64,000 nt of DNA from a virus: IMG/VR virus record IMGVR_UViG_3300020420_000012, positions 17,636 through 81,635 of that record. One strand, given 5' to 3'. The notes under the pieces were generated by a model. That model did not search any database. It was not told the origin of the DNA and saw only the letters and a program-made list of their open reading frames with translations. Shown here in pieces: positions 39,076 through 47,295 of the stretch. The first letter of the stretch is position 1, and each line of letters opens with the position of its first letter. The position numbers and the translations under genes were made by a program.

Positions 39076-39939
39076 TTATAATTTTACTTCTGGCTTTGGT
39101 TTACCTTGTGTAATTTGCCCTAACCTAACTTGATTTTTTTTAATAGTTCCAATAAATTCAATATTACCACCTACGTCTCTTTTCAAGTTACCTCTTGCGT
39201 CTTCGTCTTTTGCTGTACCAGATACTTTATTATTATTAAAAAGTAGTAACTTATTTTTTGCTAGATAACCATAAGCTTTATTAACAAAATCAGATTCTAT
39301 TTTTCTCATTTGAGTTGGATATTTCTTTCTAATTTCAATTAAATCAGCTTTGTTAACTTCTTCCTCACCGGTTCCACCAAATTTTAAACCTAAGTCTTTC
39401 TTAAATTGTACAACTTCTCTTACCATATCAGAAACTTTAACAGTTCCACCTAATCTAAAGCCGGCTGCAATTCTATCTTTTGATATTGTTGCTGCTTTTA
39501 GTTCATACTTATCTCCATCTAAAATCATGATATCAATTCCAGCACTACCTCCACCACCAACTATTGCTTTATTTACTAAAAAGTAAATCATAGCTTCACC
39601 TGGTCCAATACCTGCGGCAGGAAAATTCCATAGTTGCATAAAAGTGTTGTAATAATTATCTCTTAAATACTTAATTGATTTATTTACTGTATTTTTACTT
39701 GAAGTTGTAAGCTTTTCCTGTATTAACTCTAAAGGAAACTTAGGAAACCAATGTTGAGCAATCATATATTGTATTTCTTTTTTATATTTAATACTACCAA
39801 AATCTTTTGCTTTGATATTGATAGACTTGATAGCCATTGCTTTTCTAATATAGTCTCTGTCTAAGTCTTTTAAAAGTTGAGTAGCCATTTCATCTAGCCT
39901 CATGTAATGTGATTTAAATCTTTCCATATTAAACTCCAT
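39076..39939 (-). CDS. Hypothetical protein, possible PD-(D/E)xK nuclease fold
   Basis: GIGPGE...GIDI.....KYELKA pattern. Confidence 0.45.
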   Translation of the reverse strand: MEFNMERFKSHYMRLDEMATQLLKDLDRDYIRKAMAIKSINIKAKDFGSIKYKKEIQYMIAQHWFPKFPLELIQEKLTTSSKNTVNKSIKYLRDNYYNTFMQLWNFPAAGIGPGEAMIYFLVNKAIVGGGGSAGIDIMILDGDKYELKAATISKDRIAAGFRLGGTVKVSDMVREVVQFKKDLGLKFGGTGEEEVNKADLIEIRKKYPTQMRKIESDFVNKAYGYLAKNKLLLFNNNKVSGTAKDEDARGNLKRDVGGNIEFIGTIKKNQVRLGQITQGKPKPEVKL

Positions 39940-39953
39940 AGTTGTTTAATAGA

Positions 39954-39982
39954 ATTATACACTATTTATAACAGTTTGTACA
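39954..39982 (-). promoter_or_regulatory. Early promoter with a nested late promoter
   Basis: TGTACA-N17-TATAAT, with TATAAATA at 39963-39970 inside the spacer. Confidence 0.7.
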
Positions 39983-39983
39983 C

Positions 39984-40008
39984 AAAAAAAGCACCCGAAG
40001 GTGCTTTT
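39984..40008 (-). terminator. Rho-independent terminator with a C(UUCG)G tetraloop
   Basis: Minus strand AAAAGCACC-UUCG-GGUGC-U7. Confidence 0.85.
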
Positions 40009-40032
40009 ATCACCGAAAGGAGAAGTGAATTC

Positions 40033-40992
40033 TTATAGTCCGTTTGGTACTATGATGTAGTGTATTGACAATACGACTCCAACCGAAGCTGCAAGTCCAA
40101 CCATCATTTTAAGAAAGTCTTTTCCAATCAGAGGGAATACGACTTTAAACTTTTCCTTACCAGTCATAGTAGCCATAGCCAATTCACGACCACAAAGAAG
40201 ACCAACGAATACCCATGTTGTTGACATTGGAATATCATTTAGTTCTTTAAAGAAAAATAGAATTAGCCAGTAAACACCATCAATAATTGTCGCAGATCTT
40301 ACATAACGTGTGTTATGTTTTTCCAAAACAATTTGCTGGATTTTACCACCACCTTCTCTAAACATCCACCATAAGCCGGCTATAAAAACAAAGCTAATGC
40401 CGACCATAAGATCGGCTGGTATTTGTCTAGGAAGGAATACTGCAATATTTGCCATGTCATGCGATAGCCACGTGAACCATAAGAATCCTGTAGTTATCCA
40501 TTGACCTATTCGCCAATATCGTTTATGTTCTTCCTTTACTGGCTTAGCTTCATCTAGAATTTTAGTTACTCCAATCCAAATAGCATATGCAGCAACTGCT
40601 GCTACTGCATAACCCATCATGGACTTCATTAACATTTTTTCTAAAACAAATGTGGAAGCAAACGCCGACAATACTAAGAAAGAAGTACTAACAGGTACAC
40701 CTAGTCTTGTAAGTATTAAAAGTAATCCCGGCGCTGCGGCATGATACCATTGAATGTCTTGGAACGGAATCTTATTAAGTCGTCCATAACTAATATCACC
40801 ACCATTGGTGTACCAACCATACCACAAAGTATAAAGGAGAACTGCCGAAGCCGCTCCCCACATAACTTTCCAATTAAATCTCTCATTGTTTGATGCAATC
40901 CATGTACCGAGAGTCTGTACTGAATCGTTAGCAATTACGGAATATGCGGCAAATAAAAAACCCACAAACATCCATAGAGTTACTAGTTCCAT
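40033..40992 (-). CDS. PiT-superfamily-like (phosphate) transporter
   Basis: Multi-TM protein with duplicated signature motifs ANDSVQ / PVSTS and SHDMAN / PMSTT. Confidence 0.65.
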   Translation of the reverse strand: MELVTLWMFVGFLFAAYSVIANDSVQTLGTWIASNNERFNWKVMWGAASAVLLYTLWYGWYTNGGDISYGRLNKIPFQDIQWYHAAAPGLLLILTRLGVPVSTSFLVLSAFASTFVLEKMLMKSMMGYAVAAVAAYAIWIGVTKILDEAKPVKEEHKRYWRIGQWITTGFLWFTWLSHDMANIAVFLPRQIPADLMVGISFVFIAGLWWMFREGGGKIQQIVLEKHNTRYVRSATIIDGVYWLILFFFKELNDIPMSTTWVFVGLLCGRELAMATMTGKEKFKVVFPLIGKDFLKMMVGLAASVGVVLSIHYIIVPNGL

Positions 40993-41043
40993 AGTAATTT
41001 CTCCATAGTTAATATAAGTTGATTCTTATACTATAATTATGTA

Positions 41044-41211
41044 TTACCGACCACGTTTTTTAAATGTTACACTTTTGTTAAATCTTTTCTTATGAGAAGA
41101 ATTTTTTTTTCTTCTATCATTTTCACGATTGCGTGGATCATACATCTCGTAACCACGTATACCATTTTCTTTTGCCCAAGCTGCGATCATTTCTGGTTTA
41201 TGATGTTTCAT
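41044..41211 (-). CDS. Small basic protein (55 aa)
   Basis: Hand translation MKHHKPEMIAAWAKENGIRGYEMYDP...; ATGA-coupled to the upstream ORF. Confidence 0.45.
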   Translation of the reverse strand: MKHHKPEMIAAWAKENGIRGYEMYDPRNRENDRRKKNSSHKKRFNKSVTFKKRGR

Positions 41212-41663
41212 TTTTTAAACCTCACTATGTAATTTTTTCCGTCATAATTAAAAGTTATAGTTGAATGAGAATATATAGTTTCCATTGACTCTTTATATCT
41301 TGTCATTTTATTACATACGAGTTTAGTACCATCATTGGCTGTGCTGTTTTGATGACCAAGTAATCCGCCTATAATTGCACCTGCAGTACCACCGTCAGGT
41401 AAATCTTTAGTTATGTTATTACCAATTATGCCACCAATAATAGCACCCATAACAGCATCACCAGTTTTGTCACCTGAAACTTTTCTTTCAGAACAAACTT
41501 CGACAACTTGTGGTGTTCTTTTAATTACAGTTTTAGTATGATCTTGTACATCAACGTTATAAGGCTGAGTTGCTCGAGCCTCTTTAACAAGATTCATTAA
41601 TGCTAAGGAGAACGCTAACGCAGTCATTCCATAGAATACAAAGTCTTTAGTTCTTTCACTCAT
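41208..41663 (-). CDS. Glycine-zipper 2TM domain protein
   Basis: GAIIGGIIGN...GAIIGGLLG. Confidence 0.7.
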   Translation of the reverse strand: MSERTKDFVFYGMTALAFSLALMNLVKEARATQPYNVDVQDHTKTVIKRTPQVVEVCSERKVSGDKTGDAVMGAIIGGIIGNNITKDLPDGGTAGAIIGGLLGHQNSTANDGTKLVCNKMTRYKESMETIYSHSTITFNYDGKNYIVRFKK

Positions 41664-41872
41664 TTCTTAAGTTTCCATAAAATATATTCTTCACCATTTG
41701 CTTTCATAGTGATTGCAGGTGCGCCAGATGGTTTTGTCTTTCCAACGTAATTCCATTTGTAACCGTCTTTCATTTGAGAGTTGGCTAACTCTCTAAACTC
41801 TTGTGTATCGATACTAAACATACCAATAACTAGTGCTACTATTCCCATTATTTTTCTCCTTCTACTTTGCAT
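41660..41872 (-). CDS. Hypothetical protein
   Basis: Coupled ORF in an early operon; start probably at 41848. Confidence 0.5.
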   Translation of the reverse strand: MQSRRRKIMGIVALVIGMFSIDTQEFRELANSQMKDGYKWNYVGKTKPSGAPAITMKANGEEYILWKLKK

Positions 41873-42039
41873 ATAGGGGTTGATTTCACACCGTCAGTGT
41901 AGTCACCGCCGATGTATCTTCGTGTGACAGTTTCTTCTACAAGCATACCGTCACGAATTCTTAAAGTTACGAGTTTCCTAGACAGTATTCCATCACTGTC
42001 TAGGAGATCGAAAGCTTCCTTGAGAGGACCTTCGGTCAT
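41848..42039 (-). CDS. Hypothetical protein
   Basis: Coupled to the DUF932-like gene. Confidence 0.5.
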   Translation of the reverse strand: MTEGPLKEAFDLLDSDGILSRKLVTLRIRDGMLVEETVTRRYIGGDYTDGVKSTPICKVEGEK

Positions 42040-42995
42040 TACGCGACCTCTGCAAATTCTAATGCAGTCTTAAGTGCGTCTCTCTTTCTAACTTGATTAC
42101 CGCCGAACCAAGAAGAGTATAACCTGTTATCAGCGTTTCTACCTTGTACATGATCGGTAACGTAAGTTACAGAGTTAAAAGCCTGCCACCAAGAACCCTC
42201 GGCATACCTTGCACCAGGCTGAAGCTCGATAGCATCAAATGCAGCCTTTGCATTCTTTGAAAGAGTCTCTACAGATAACTCTTGATTTTGAACACGCTTG
42301 TCTGCGGTTCTTGGAAAGACTGTATTATAATACTCGATAAGATTATCGATATTGTATCTCTTAGAACCAAGGAACTCAGCCATTTCTTTATACTGACTTA
42401 ACTTAGCAGAAGCGATACCAAGAGCCTTCTTAACTTCATCGGCATTAAACTCTGTTCTGTGACCGACTTTTACAGATCTTTCAGCTTTTGCCTCAAGAGA
42501 TAGTGATAAAGTATTGTTACATACGACTCTAATTGGAGTAAACCTTACGTCGATAGAGAAACCGTACTTATGCGGATTTGAAAAGAGTAAGTATGACTCG
42601 ACAGTGTCACCACCGAAAAGATCAAATGACTCTTTGACTTTTGCTAAAGCCCATACGAGCTGACCGCCTTTGAGCGAACCTGCTGTATGCATTTCCATGT
42701 CACCTTTCATGACATACTCGCTGAAGAAGTTGAATGCGTCTTCGTTTTGTACAGGATTCCAAACCTGACCGATGTTAGTAAGAACTTTATTATCAGAACT
42801 TCTGACTAATGCTTTCATTCCAGTAGGAACTCTTTTGTCACCTACCTGAACGTATGAATCAATCTGCTCGACTGTCCAGTCTAAGCCAGCTTTCTTCATC
42901 ATTTGTTGCGGAGTCAGATCGTTTGATACTGATACTCCAAGACCATGCCACGGTACTTCACCTGCGTAAGCCATTGTTTCAACGTTATGAGCCAT
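42039..42995 (-). CDS. DUF932/DUF945 family protein
   Basis: MAHNVETMAYAGEVPWHGLG...AGLDWTV...PVQNEDAF...TPIRVVCNNTL...WQAFNSVT. Confidence 0.85.
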   Translation of the reverse strand: MAHNVETMAYAGEVPWHGLGVSVSNDLTPQQMMKKAGLDWTVEQIDSYVQVGDKRVPTGMKALVRSSDNKVLTNIGQVWNPVQNEDAFNFFSEYVMKGDMEMHTAGSLKGGQLVWALAKVKESFDLFGGDTVESYLLFSNPHKYGFSIDVRFTPIRVVCNNTLSLSLEAKAERSVKVGHRTEFNADEVKKALGIASAKLSQYKEMAEFLGSKRYNIDNLIEYYNTVFPRTADKRVQNQELSVETLSKNAKAAFDAIELQPGARYAEGSWWQAFNSVTYVTDHVQGRNADNRLYSSWFGGNQVRKRDALKTALEFAEVA

Positions 42996-43083
42996 AATAT
43001 ACCTTCCTTTCTATGCTAAAATAATATAGGCTAAAAATAATTCTGCGAACAGAATAAACGAACAAATAAAATATAAAAGTGAT

Positions 43084-43362
43084 TTAAGCATTTTGCGCCT
43101 CCGCCTTTTGAGCGTCTCTTTCGTCCTGCTTACGAACGAAATCGTTGCCAACCACGCATTGCTTGGTTGTAAGGAAACCAGTCTTATCTAGAAAAGATAA
43201 GAGGTTAGAAGCAAACTCGCTCCAATGCTTGCGCTTTTGCAAACCATAAACAAGCTTCCTGTTGATAGGACACTTCATAAACCTATCCAACTTAGCGATT
43301 CTGCTTTGCGGAAACCTTCTGATTTTTTCCTGTCTGAGGAACATTGCTTGATCGATATTCAT
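43084..43362 (-). CDS. Hypothetical early protein
   Basis: GGGAG Shine-Dalgarno; early promoter upstream. Confidence 0.6.
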   Translation of the reverse strand: MNIDQAMFLRQEKIRRFPQSRIAKLDRFMKCPINRKLVYGLQKRKHWSEFASNLLSFLDKTGFLTTKQCVVGNDFVRKQDERDAQKAEAQNA

Positions 43363-43394
43363 AAATTAAACTCCCTTTTCAATCTTATAATAAT

Positions 43395-43423
43395 ATTATA
43401 CACTAGTTTCTCTCAAATGTAAA
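43395..43423 (-). promoter_or_regulatory. Phage early promoter
   Basis: TTTACA-N17-TATAAT. Confidence 0.75.
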
Positions 43424-43462
43424 GGAAAAAATGCACTTATTTGAAAAAATAAACATAACATG

Positions 43463-43624
43463 TTAACTAATGAATCCTTTAGTCGTGATTGACCAGAACT
43501 GAGTGACCCATGGCTCTCTGTGAAGCTTTCTTAGAGTCTTGTACATGGCTCGAGCCTCCTTTAGAGTGTCAAACTCGAAGATCTCCATAAGCTCGCCGTT
43601 CATAAAAGTTTTAATTTCGTACAT
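43463..43624 (-). CDS. Small early protein (53 aa)
   Basis: Hand translation MYEIKTFMNGELMEIFEFDTLKEARAMY...; GGGAG Shine-Dalgarno. Confidence 0.6.
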   Translation of the reverse strand: MYEIKTFMNGELMEIFEFDTLKEARAMYKTLRKLHREPWVTQFWSITTKGFIS

Positions 43625-43655
43625 AATATAACTCCCTTTTTAATTTTATAGTTAT

Positions 43656-43684
43656 ATTATACACTATTTTCTCTTAGATGTACA
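43656..43684 (-). promoter_or_regulatory. Phage early promoter
   Basis: TGTACA-N17-TATAAT. Confidence 0.75.
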
Positions 43685-44682
43685 CAGTTTTTTTCACTTT
43701 TTTTTAATCCATATTTAATAACTTCTAACTCTTCTTCTGAATAGCCATACATAATATCATCATTGTCTTCATCTCTCCATTCATCAGTGTCTTCACCCTT
43801 ATGTATTAACGGGTCTATTGAATATCTTAGTTTAGGAAAGAATTCCGGAACGAGATCATCAAAGAATTTTTTACACTCGTCTAACCTGCCCGGCAAAAGC
43901 ATATACTCGATGTTAAACTTTCCGTCAACTTTTTCTCTGTAAATTTCTTCTATCTTATCTATTATCTTGCCGTGATTTGTAAATTCTTGATGAATGCTTA
44001 AACGAATTCCTCCAGCGTTTATAAGCTCTCTTAGCTTCGAAGCGTTGGCGGTACCGTTCGTGTTAGTGTGTACCTTATAACCAAAGCTGTTAACGTGTCT
44101 TACCATCTTCATATATTCTGGATTGATGGTTGGTTCACCGCCAGTAAATCGAAATGAAAGATCCTTACCCTTTGTTTGACTCACAATGTTATCGAAGCCT
44201 ATCTTAAATCTTTCGAAAGAGAGATGTGGACTAAAATTATCATGAACGTAACTCGGGCAATACGAGCAATCATAGTTACATCTTTTAGACATTATCCAGT
44301 TGATTCTAACGTGATTTTCTTTACCTCCCAAGTAACCAACTAAAGTTTTGATTTTTTCGTCCTTCAGTATTTCAACATTTTTTGTCTTTTGAAGATACTT
44401 AAAGTCTTTTTTTCTTTTCGACTTTAAGATATAGTGATCGGCACCACAATGGCACTTACTAACCGGACATCGTATCGGCTTGTCCGGCAGCTTGAATTCA
44501 GTAAAGATGTTACCTAACTCACCACCGTTAGCACAAACGCTTCCAAAGACTCTTCCGTCTCGTCTGACCGATAAAAAATTAAAACCAACACCACAGTACC
44601 AGTTTTGAAAAGAGTTACAGTTAACCTTGATGTAACTTGATCTTGTCCTTCTCAGACCATCTTCGGTGTCTACCATTATCAT
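43657..44682 (-). CDS. Radical SAM protein with an N-terminal SPASM/Twitch-like domain
   Basis: CNYDCSYC, FTGGEPT and TNG core motifs; N-terminal C...DG.V..C...LGNI...C...CHC. Confidence 0.85.
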   Translation of the reverse strand: MIMVDTEDGLRRTRSSYIKVNCNSFQNWYCGVGFNFLSVRRDGRVFGSVCANGGELGNIFTEFKLPDKPIRCPVSKCHCGADHYILKSKRKKDFKYLQKTKNVEILKDEKIKTLVGYLGGKENHVRINWIMSKRCNYDCSYCPSYVHDNFSPHLSFERFKIGFDNIVSQTKGKDLSFRFTGGEPTINPEYMKMVRHVNSFGYKVHTNTNGTANASKLRELINAGGIRLSIHQEFTNHGKIIDKIEEIYREKVDGKFNIEYMLLPGRLDECKKFFDDLVPEFFPKLRYSIDPLIHKGEDTDEWRDEDNDDIMYGYSEEELEVIKYGLKKSEKNCVHLRENSV

Positions 44683-44694
44683 TGAGCATCTCTT

Positions 44695-45381
44695 TTAGGA
44701 TTTTTTTTCAGAAGGATTTTTTTCACCGGTGATAAAGTCACGATCCGCGTAGATATCGTAGTAGTACTCCTCAGTGTCTCCGAGCCTGTACTCATTACCG
44801 TTCTCGACCTGATAGTATTCCGTACTCACCTTGAAGTCCGGCATCTTTGGTTCCTTCGGAGTCAGACTGTTATCGTATACTCGCATCCTATTGTTGGGGT
44901 ACAGAGCGAACTGCCCGTTCTCCAACTCTAACAAGTTAAAAGACTTGTGCTCATCCGGCTGTTCCGCTGTAGAGTAATCAACCTCGTCCGAATGTATATG
45001 GTAGTTATCCAAGGTGGCAATGTATGAACCCTTTACACGTCCGTGATTCTTTGTCCATACCTCGTAATCCATAGATCCAATGAACTGTTTCTGTATGCAT
45101 GTAACACCATAGTCCATACAGTTCCAAAACTGCAAGTCAGGCAATGCCATATCAACGTCCGGAGTCTCAGGAGAGGATACAAACGCGGATATCGGTAACT
45201 TATCGAACAAGGCACCGTACTCAGGTAGGAACGTTTCAAAATAGAAGGCGCGACCGGGGATAGACTTTGCTGTAACCCAGTGACCCTCGACGAACTCACC
45301 GTGTCCATCCTCGAGATCTCTGAGGTACTCACGGCGAACCCAAACTTTCTGATTGGGTATATTACAAATTAAATGCGACAT
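44695..45381 (-). CDS. Hypothetical phage protein
   Basis: VWVRREYL...SIPGRAFYFE...DKLPISAF...WNC...QPDEHKS...YPNNR. Confidence 0.7.
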   Translation of the reverse strand: MSHLICNIPNQKVWVRREYLRDLEDGHGEFVEGHWVTAKSIPGRAFYFETFLPEYGALFDKLPISAFVSSPETPDVDMALPDLQFWNCMDYGVTCIQKQFIGSMDYEVWTKNHGRVKGSYIATLDNYHIHSDEVDYSTAEQPDEHKSFNLLELENGQFALYPNNRMRVYDNSLTPKEPKMPDFKVSTEYYQVENGNEYRLGDTEEYYYDIYADRDFITGEKNPSEKKS

Positions 45382-45479
45382 AATACTATATATCTCTCGA
45401 AAAGGTTACGGGCCGAAATTTTTCCAGGAAAAAAAATTTTATAAAAGGTTTCTGTAAAAAAGTTCTGTGCTCTCTAATA

Positions 45480-45835
45480 CGCGAACCAAACTAGTGGCCT
45501 GTTACATGACTGTGCGATTCTGCCAATATAAACCCCTATACTGCTGACGTCACACAGATGATCACAGAGAGGTCCTTCGATATATGTGGTAGACTACATG
45601 CCTACCGTACTCGTTACGCCTCTCTGTGTGTATATGGGGGCCGTTGTCATGACATCCATCCTACCGACCTATCGGCCCCCTGGTAGGATGGGATACGTTT
45701 TATACTCCGACTCTGGTTCCCTGGGTAGTACCACACCTGTAAACCCCGATGACCTTCTGCTTCTGATATCTCACAACTTCTCCATCAGCCACCCTGTCGG
45801 TTACTATCGCTATGTCATTATATAGTACTCCCTTT
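45480..45835 (-). ncRNA. Candidate structured non-coding RNA
   Basis: Lies downstream of an early promoter, has no long ORF on that strand, is GC-rich and contains perfect 8-10 bp helices including a pseudoknot. Confidence 0.4.
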
Positions 45836-45851
45836 TTTTCTTTATATACTT

Positions 45852-45880
45852 ATTATACCACGGTTTCACAGCAATGTACA
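45852..45880 (-). promoter_or_regulatory. Phage early promoter
   Basis: TGTACA-N17-TATAAT with TGG extension and an A-tract. Confidence 0.75.
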
Positions 45881-46036
45881 CCTTTTTTTTCATTATTTGT
45901 GAACTTTTTTTTGGTATGAGAAAAAAATCTGCGGTCTGCTGCGGTCACTAAGGTATGCGACTGTGTGTACGTTTTGATTAGTTTTGAGATATCGCATGCA
46001 GAATGTGCACGATGTAAGTATCGCATATATAGTATT

Positions 46037-46165
46037 ATGAAGAGATTTATAAGAGATTTCCTATACTATTATAGGATGTTTGGACCACGCTATGGTTGGT
46101 TCTGGTCCATAGAATACAGTCGTTTTAACGCGATATACTTTAATAGAGACGGTACATGGAGGTAG
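46037..46165 (+). CDS. Small aromatic-rich protein (42 aa)
   Basis: MKRFIRDFLYYYRMFGPRYGWFWS...; start moved to ATG 46037. Confidence 0.4.
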   Translation: MKRFIRDFLYYYRMFGPRYGWFWSIEYSRFNAIYFNRDGTWR

Positions 46166-46338
46166 AGATGAACTCGACAGACTTTATTATCGTCCTTCTG
46201 ACCGCTGCCATGATCTATATAGGGTTTACTTTAATATGGATAGGTATGTATTGGGGTCTGCTTGTGATATTGTTTAACGTAAAAGTGTTTGATGTCTATT
46301 GTTTAAAGAGAAAGAATGATAATGATACAGCACGTTGA
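46156..46338 (+). CDS. Small membrane protein
   Basis: Two hydrophobic segments. Confidence 0.45.
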   Translation: MEVEMNSTDFIIVLLTAAMIYIGFTLIWIGMYWGLLVILFNVKVFDVYCLKRKNDNDTAR

Positions 46339-46837
46339 CTATGAGATCGATAAGAAGAAGTATCGAGACATCTTTTATGAGAACGTTAACAAGTACGGGC
46401 AGTGGCACTGGCTTTGTCCGAAGCGGCAGGAGTTGTTTTGGTATCAGATGTTTGTGAAAGATGATCATCCGCTCAAGCCGATGATACGTGAGGTTGAGCA
46501 CGATCTTAATATTGCATATATGAACAACTATCCGAGATTCAGTTACCAGTTTCCGAACACGAAGCTTGGACACCATCGCGACGAAGACGATATCGTATCG
46601 ATCAATATCAATCTCTTTGAGACGATTCCGATCATACACGTCGAGAATCATCCGTATCCGTACGAGTGTGCCTTGATCGACGTTGGTTCCTTGATGCACG
46701 GTGTCGAGCCTGACGCTAACCACAGACTGATACTCAAGTTTTGTTTAAGACACCCTTACGAGGAGGTGTACGAGAGACTGGACAAGTTTGGTCTCTTGAC
46801 AGAGGACTGTATCTACAGGACGTCGACTCTGAAGTAA
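46316..46837 (+). CDS. Fe(II)/2OG-type (DSBH) oxygenase
   Basis: HRD...SININL...CALID...HGV...RLILKF. Confidence 0.65.
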   Translation: MIMIQHVDYEIDKKKYRDIFYENVNKYGQWHWLCPKRQELFWYQMFVKDDHPLKPMIREVEHDLNIAYMNNYPRFSYQFPNTKLGHHRDEDDIVSININLFETIPIIHVENHPYPYECALIDVGSLMHGVEPDANHRLILKFCLRHPYEEVYERLDKFGLLTEDCIYRTSTLK

Positions 46838-47295
46838 CTCTGCAGCCTCTTTCTTACGACTTCGTAAGGCGTATCCAGATAAGAGAACTTCAGTAAGAGT
46901 CTCTCTTTGTGGTAAGCAGGCACGGCATGATCGAGAGAGGTGTTAAAGAGCGCGCAATCGTAGCGTATCTCACCATAGTCTTTAAACACGACCGGTGCGT
47001 AGTCGTCTGACAGCACGATATTCACAGAACATTCTGTCGCAGGATCGACGTGCATGTGTACGCTTGTGTTCGCTAATTGTTTATAGGCTACTATGATACT
47101 ACCGGGTAACTGCATGTGTAGGTCCTCGATGTGAGGAAACATAACAATATTTTCTCTCAGTCTCGCCTTGAGCCAAGTGTTACGAAAGTAACATTCCTTC
47201 GGTGAGAACGGTTTAAAGTCAAGCTCACTTACTTCTTCTTTAAGTTTCTCTTTATCGTACTGTAAGTTTAAATGTGTTACGTATAGTTCCTGCAT
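46813..47295 (-). CDS. Fe(II)/2OG-type (DSBH) oxygenase
   Basis: HVD...CSVNIVL...CALFN...HAV...ERLLLKF. Confidence 0.65.
   Translation of the reverse strand: MQELYVTHLNLQYDKEKLKEEVSELDFKPFSPKECYFRNTWLKARLRENIVMFPHIEDLHMQLPGSIIVAYKQLANTSVHMHVDPATECSVNIVLSDDYAPVVFKDYGEIRYDCALFNTSLDHAVPAYHKERLLLKFSYLDTPYEVVRKRLQSYFRVDVL

Noticed and set aside
45636-45691. HDV-like/theta ribozyme reading of the pseudoknot
   Set aside because: Part of the P1/P2/P3 topology can be drawn on the plus strand, but there is no P4 or J4/2 strand with a catalytic C. The minus strand lacks a P3/L3.
45586-45825. 79-aa plus-strand ORF
   Set aside because: No ribosome-binding site, antisense to the early promoter, and overlapping strong RNA helices.
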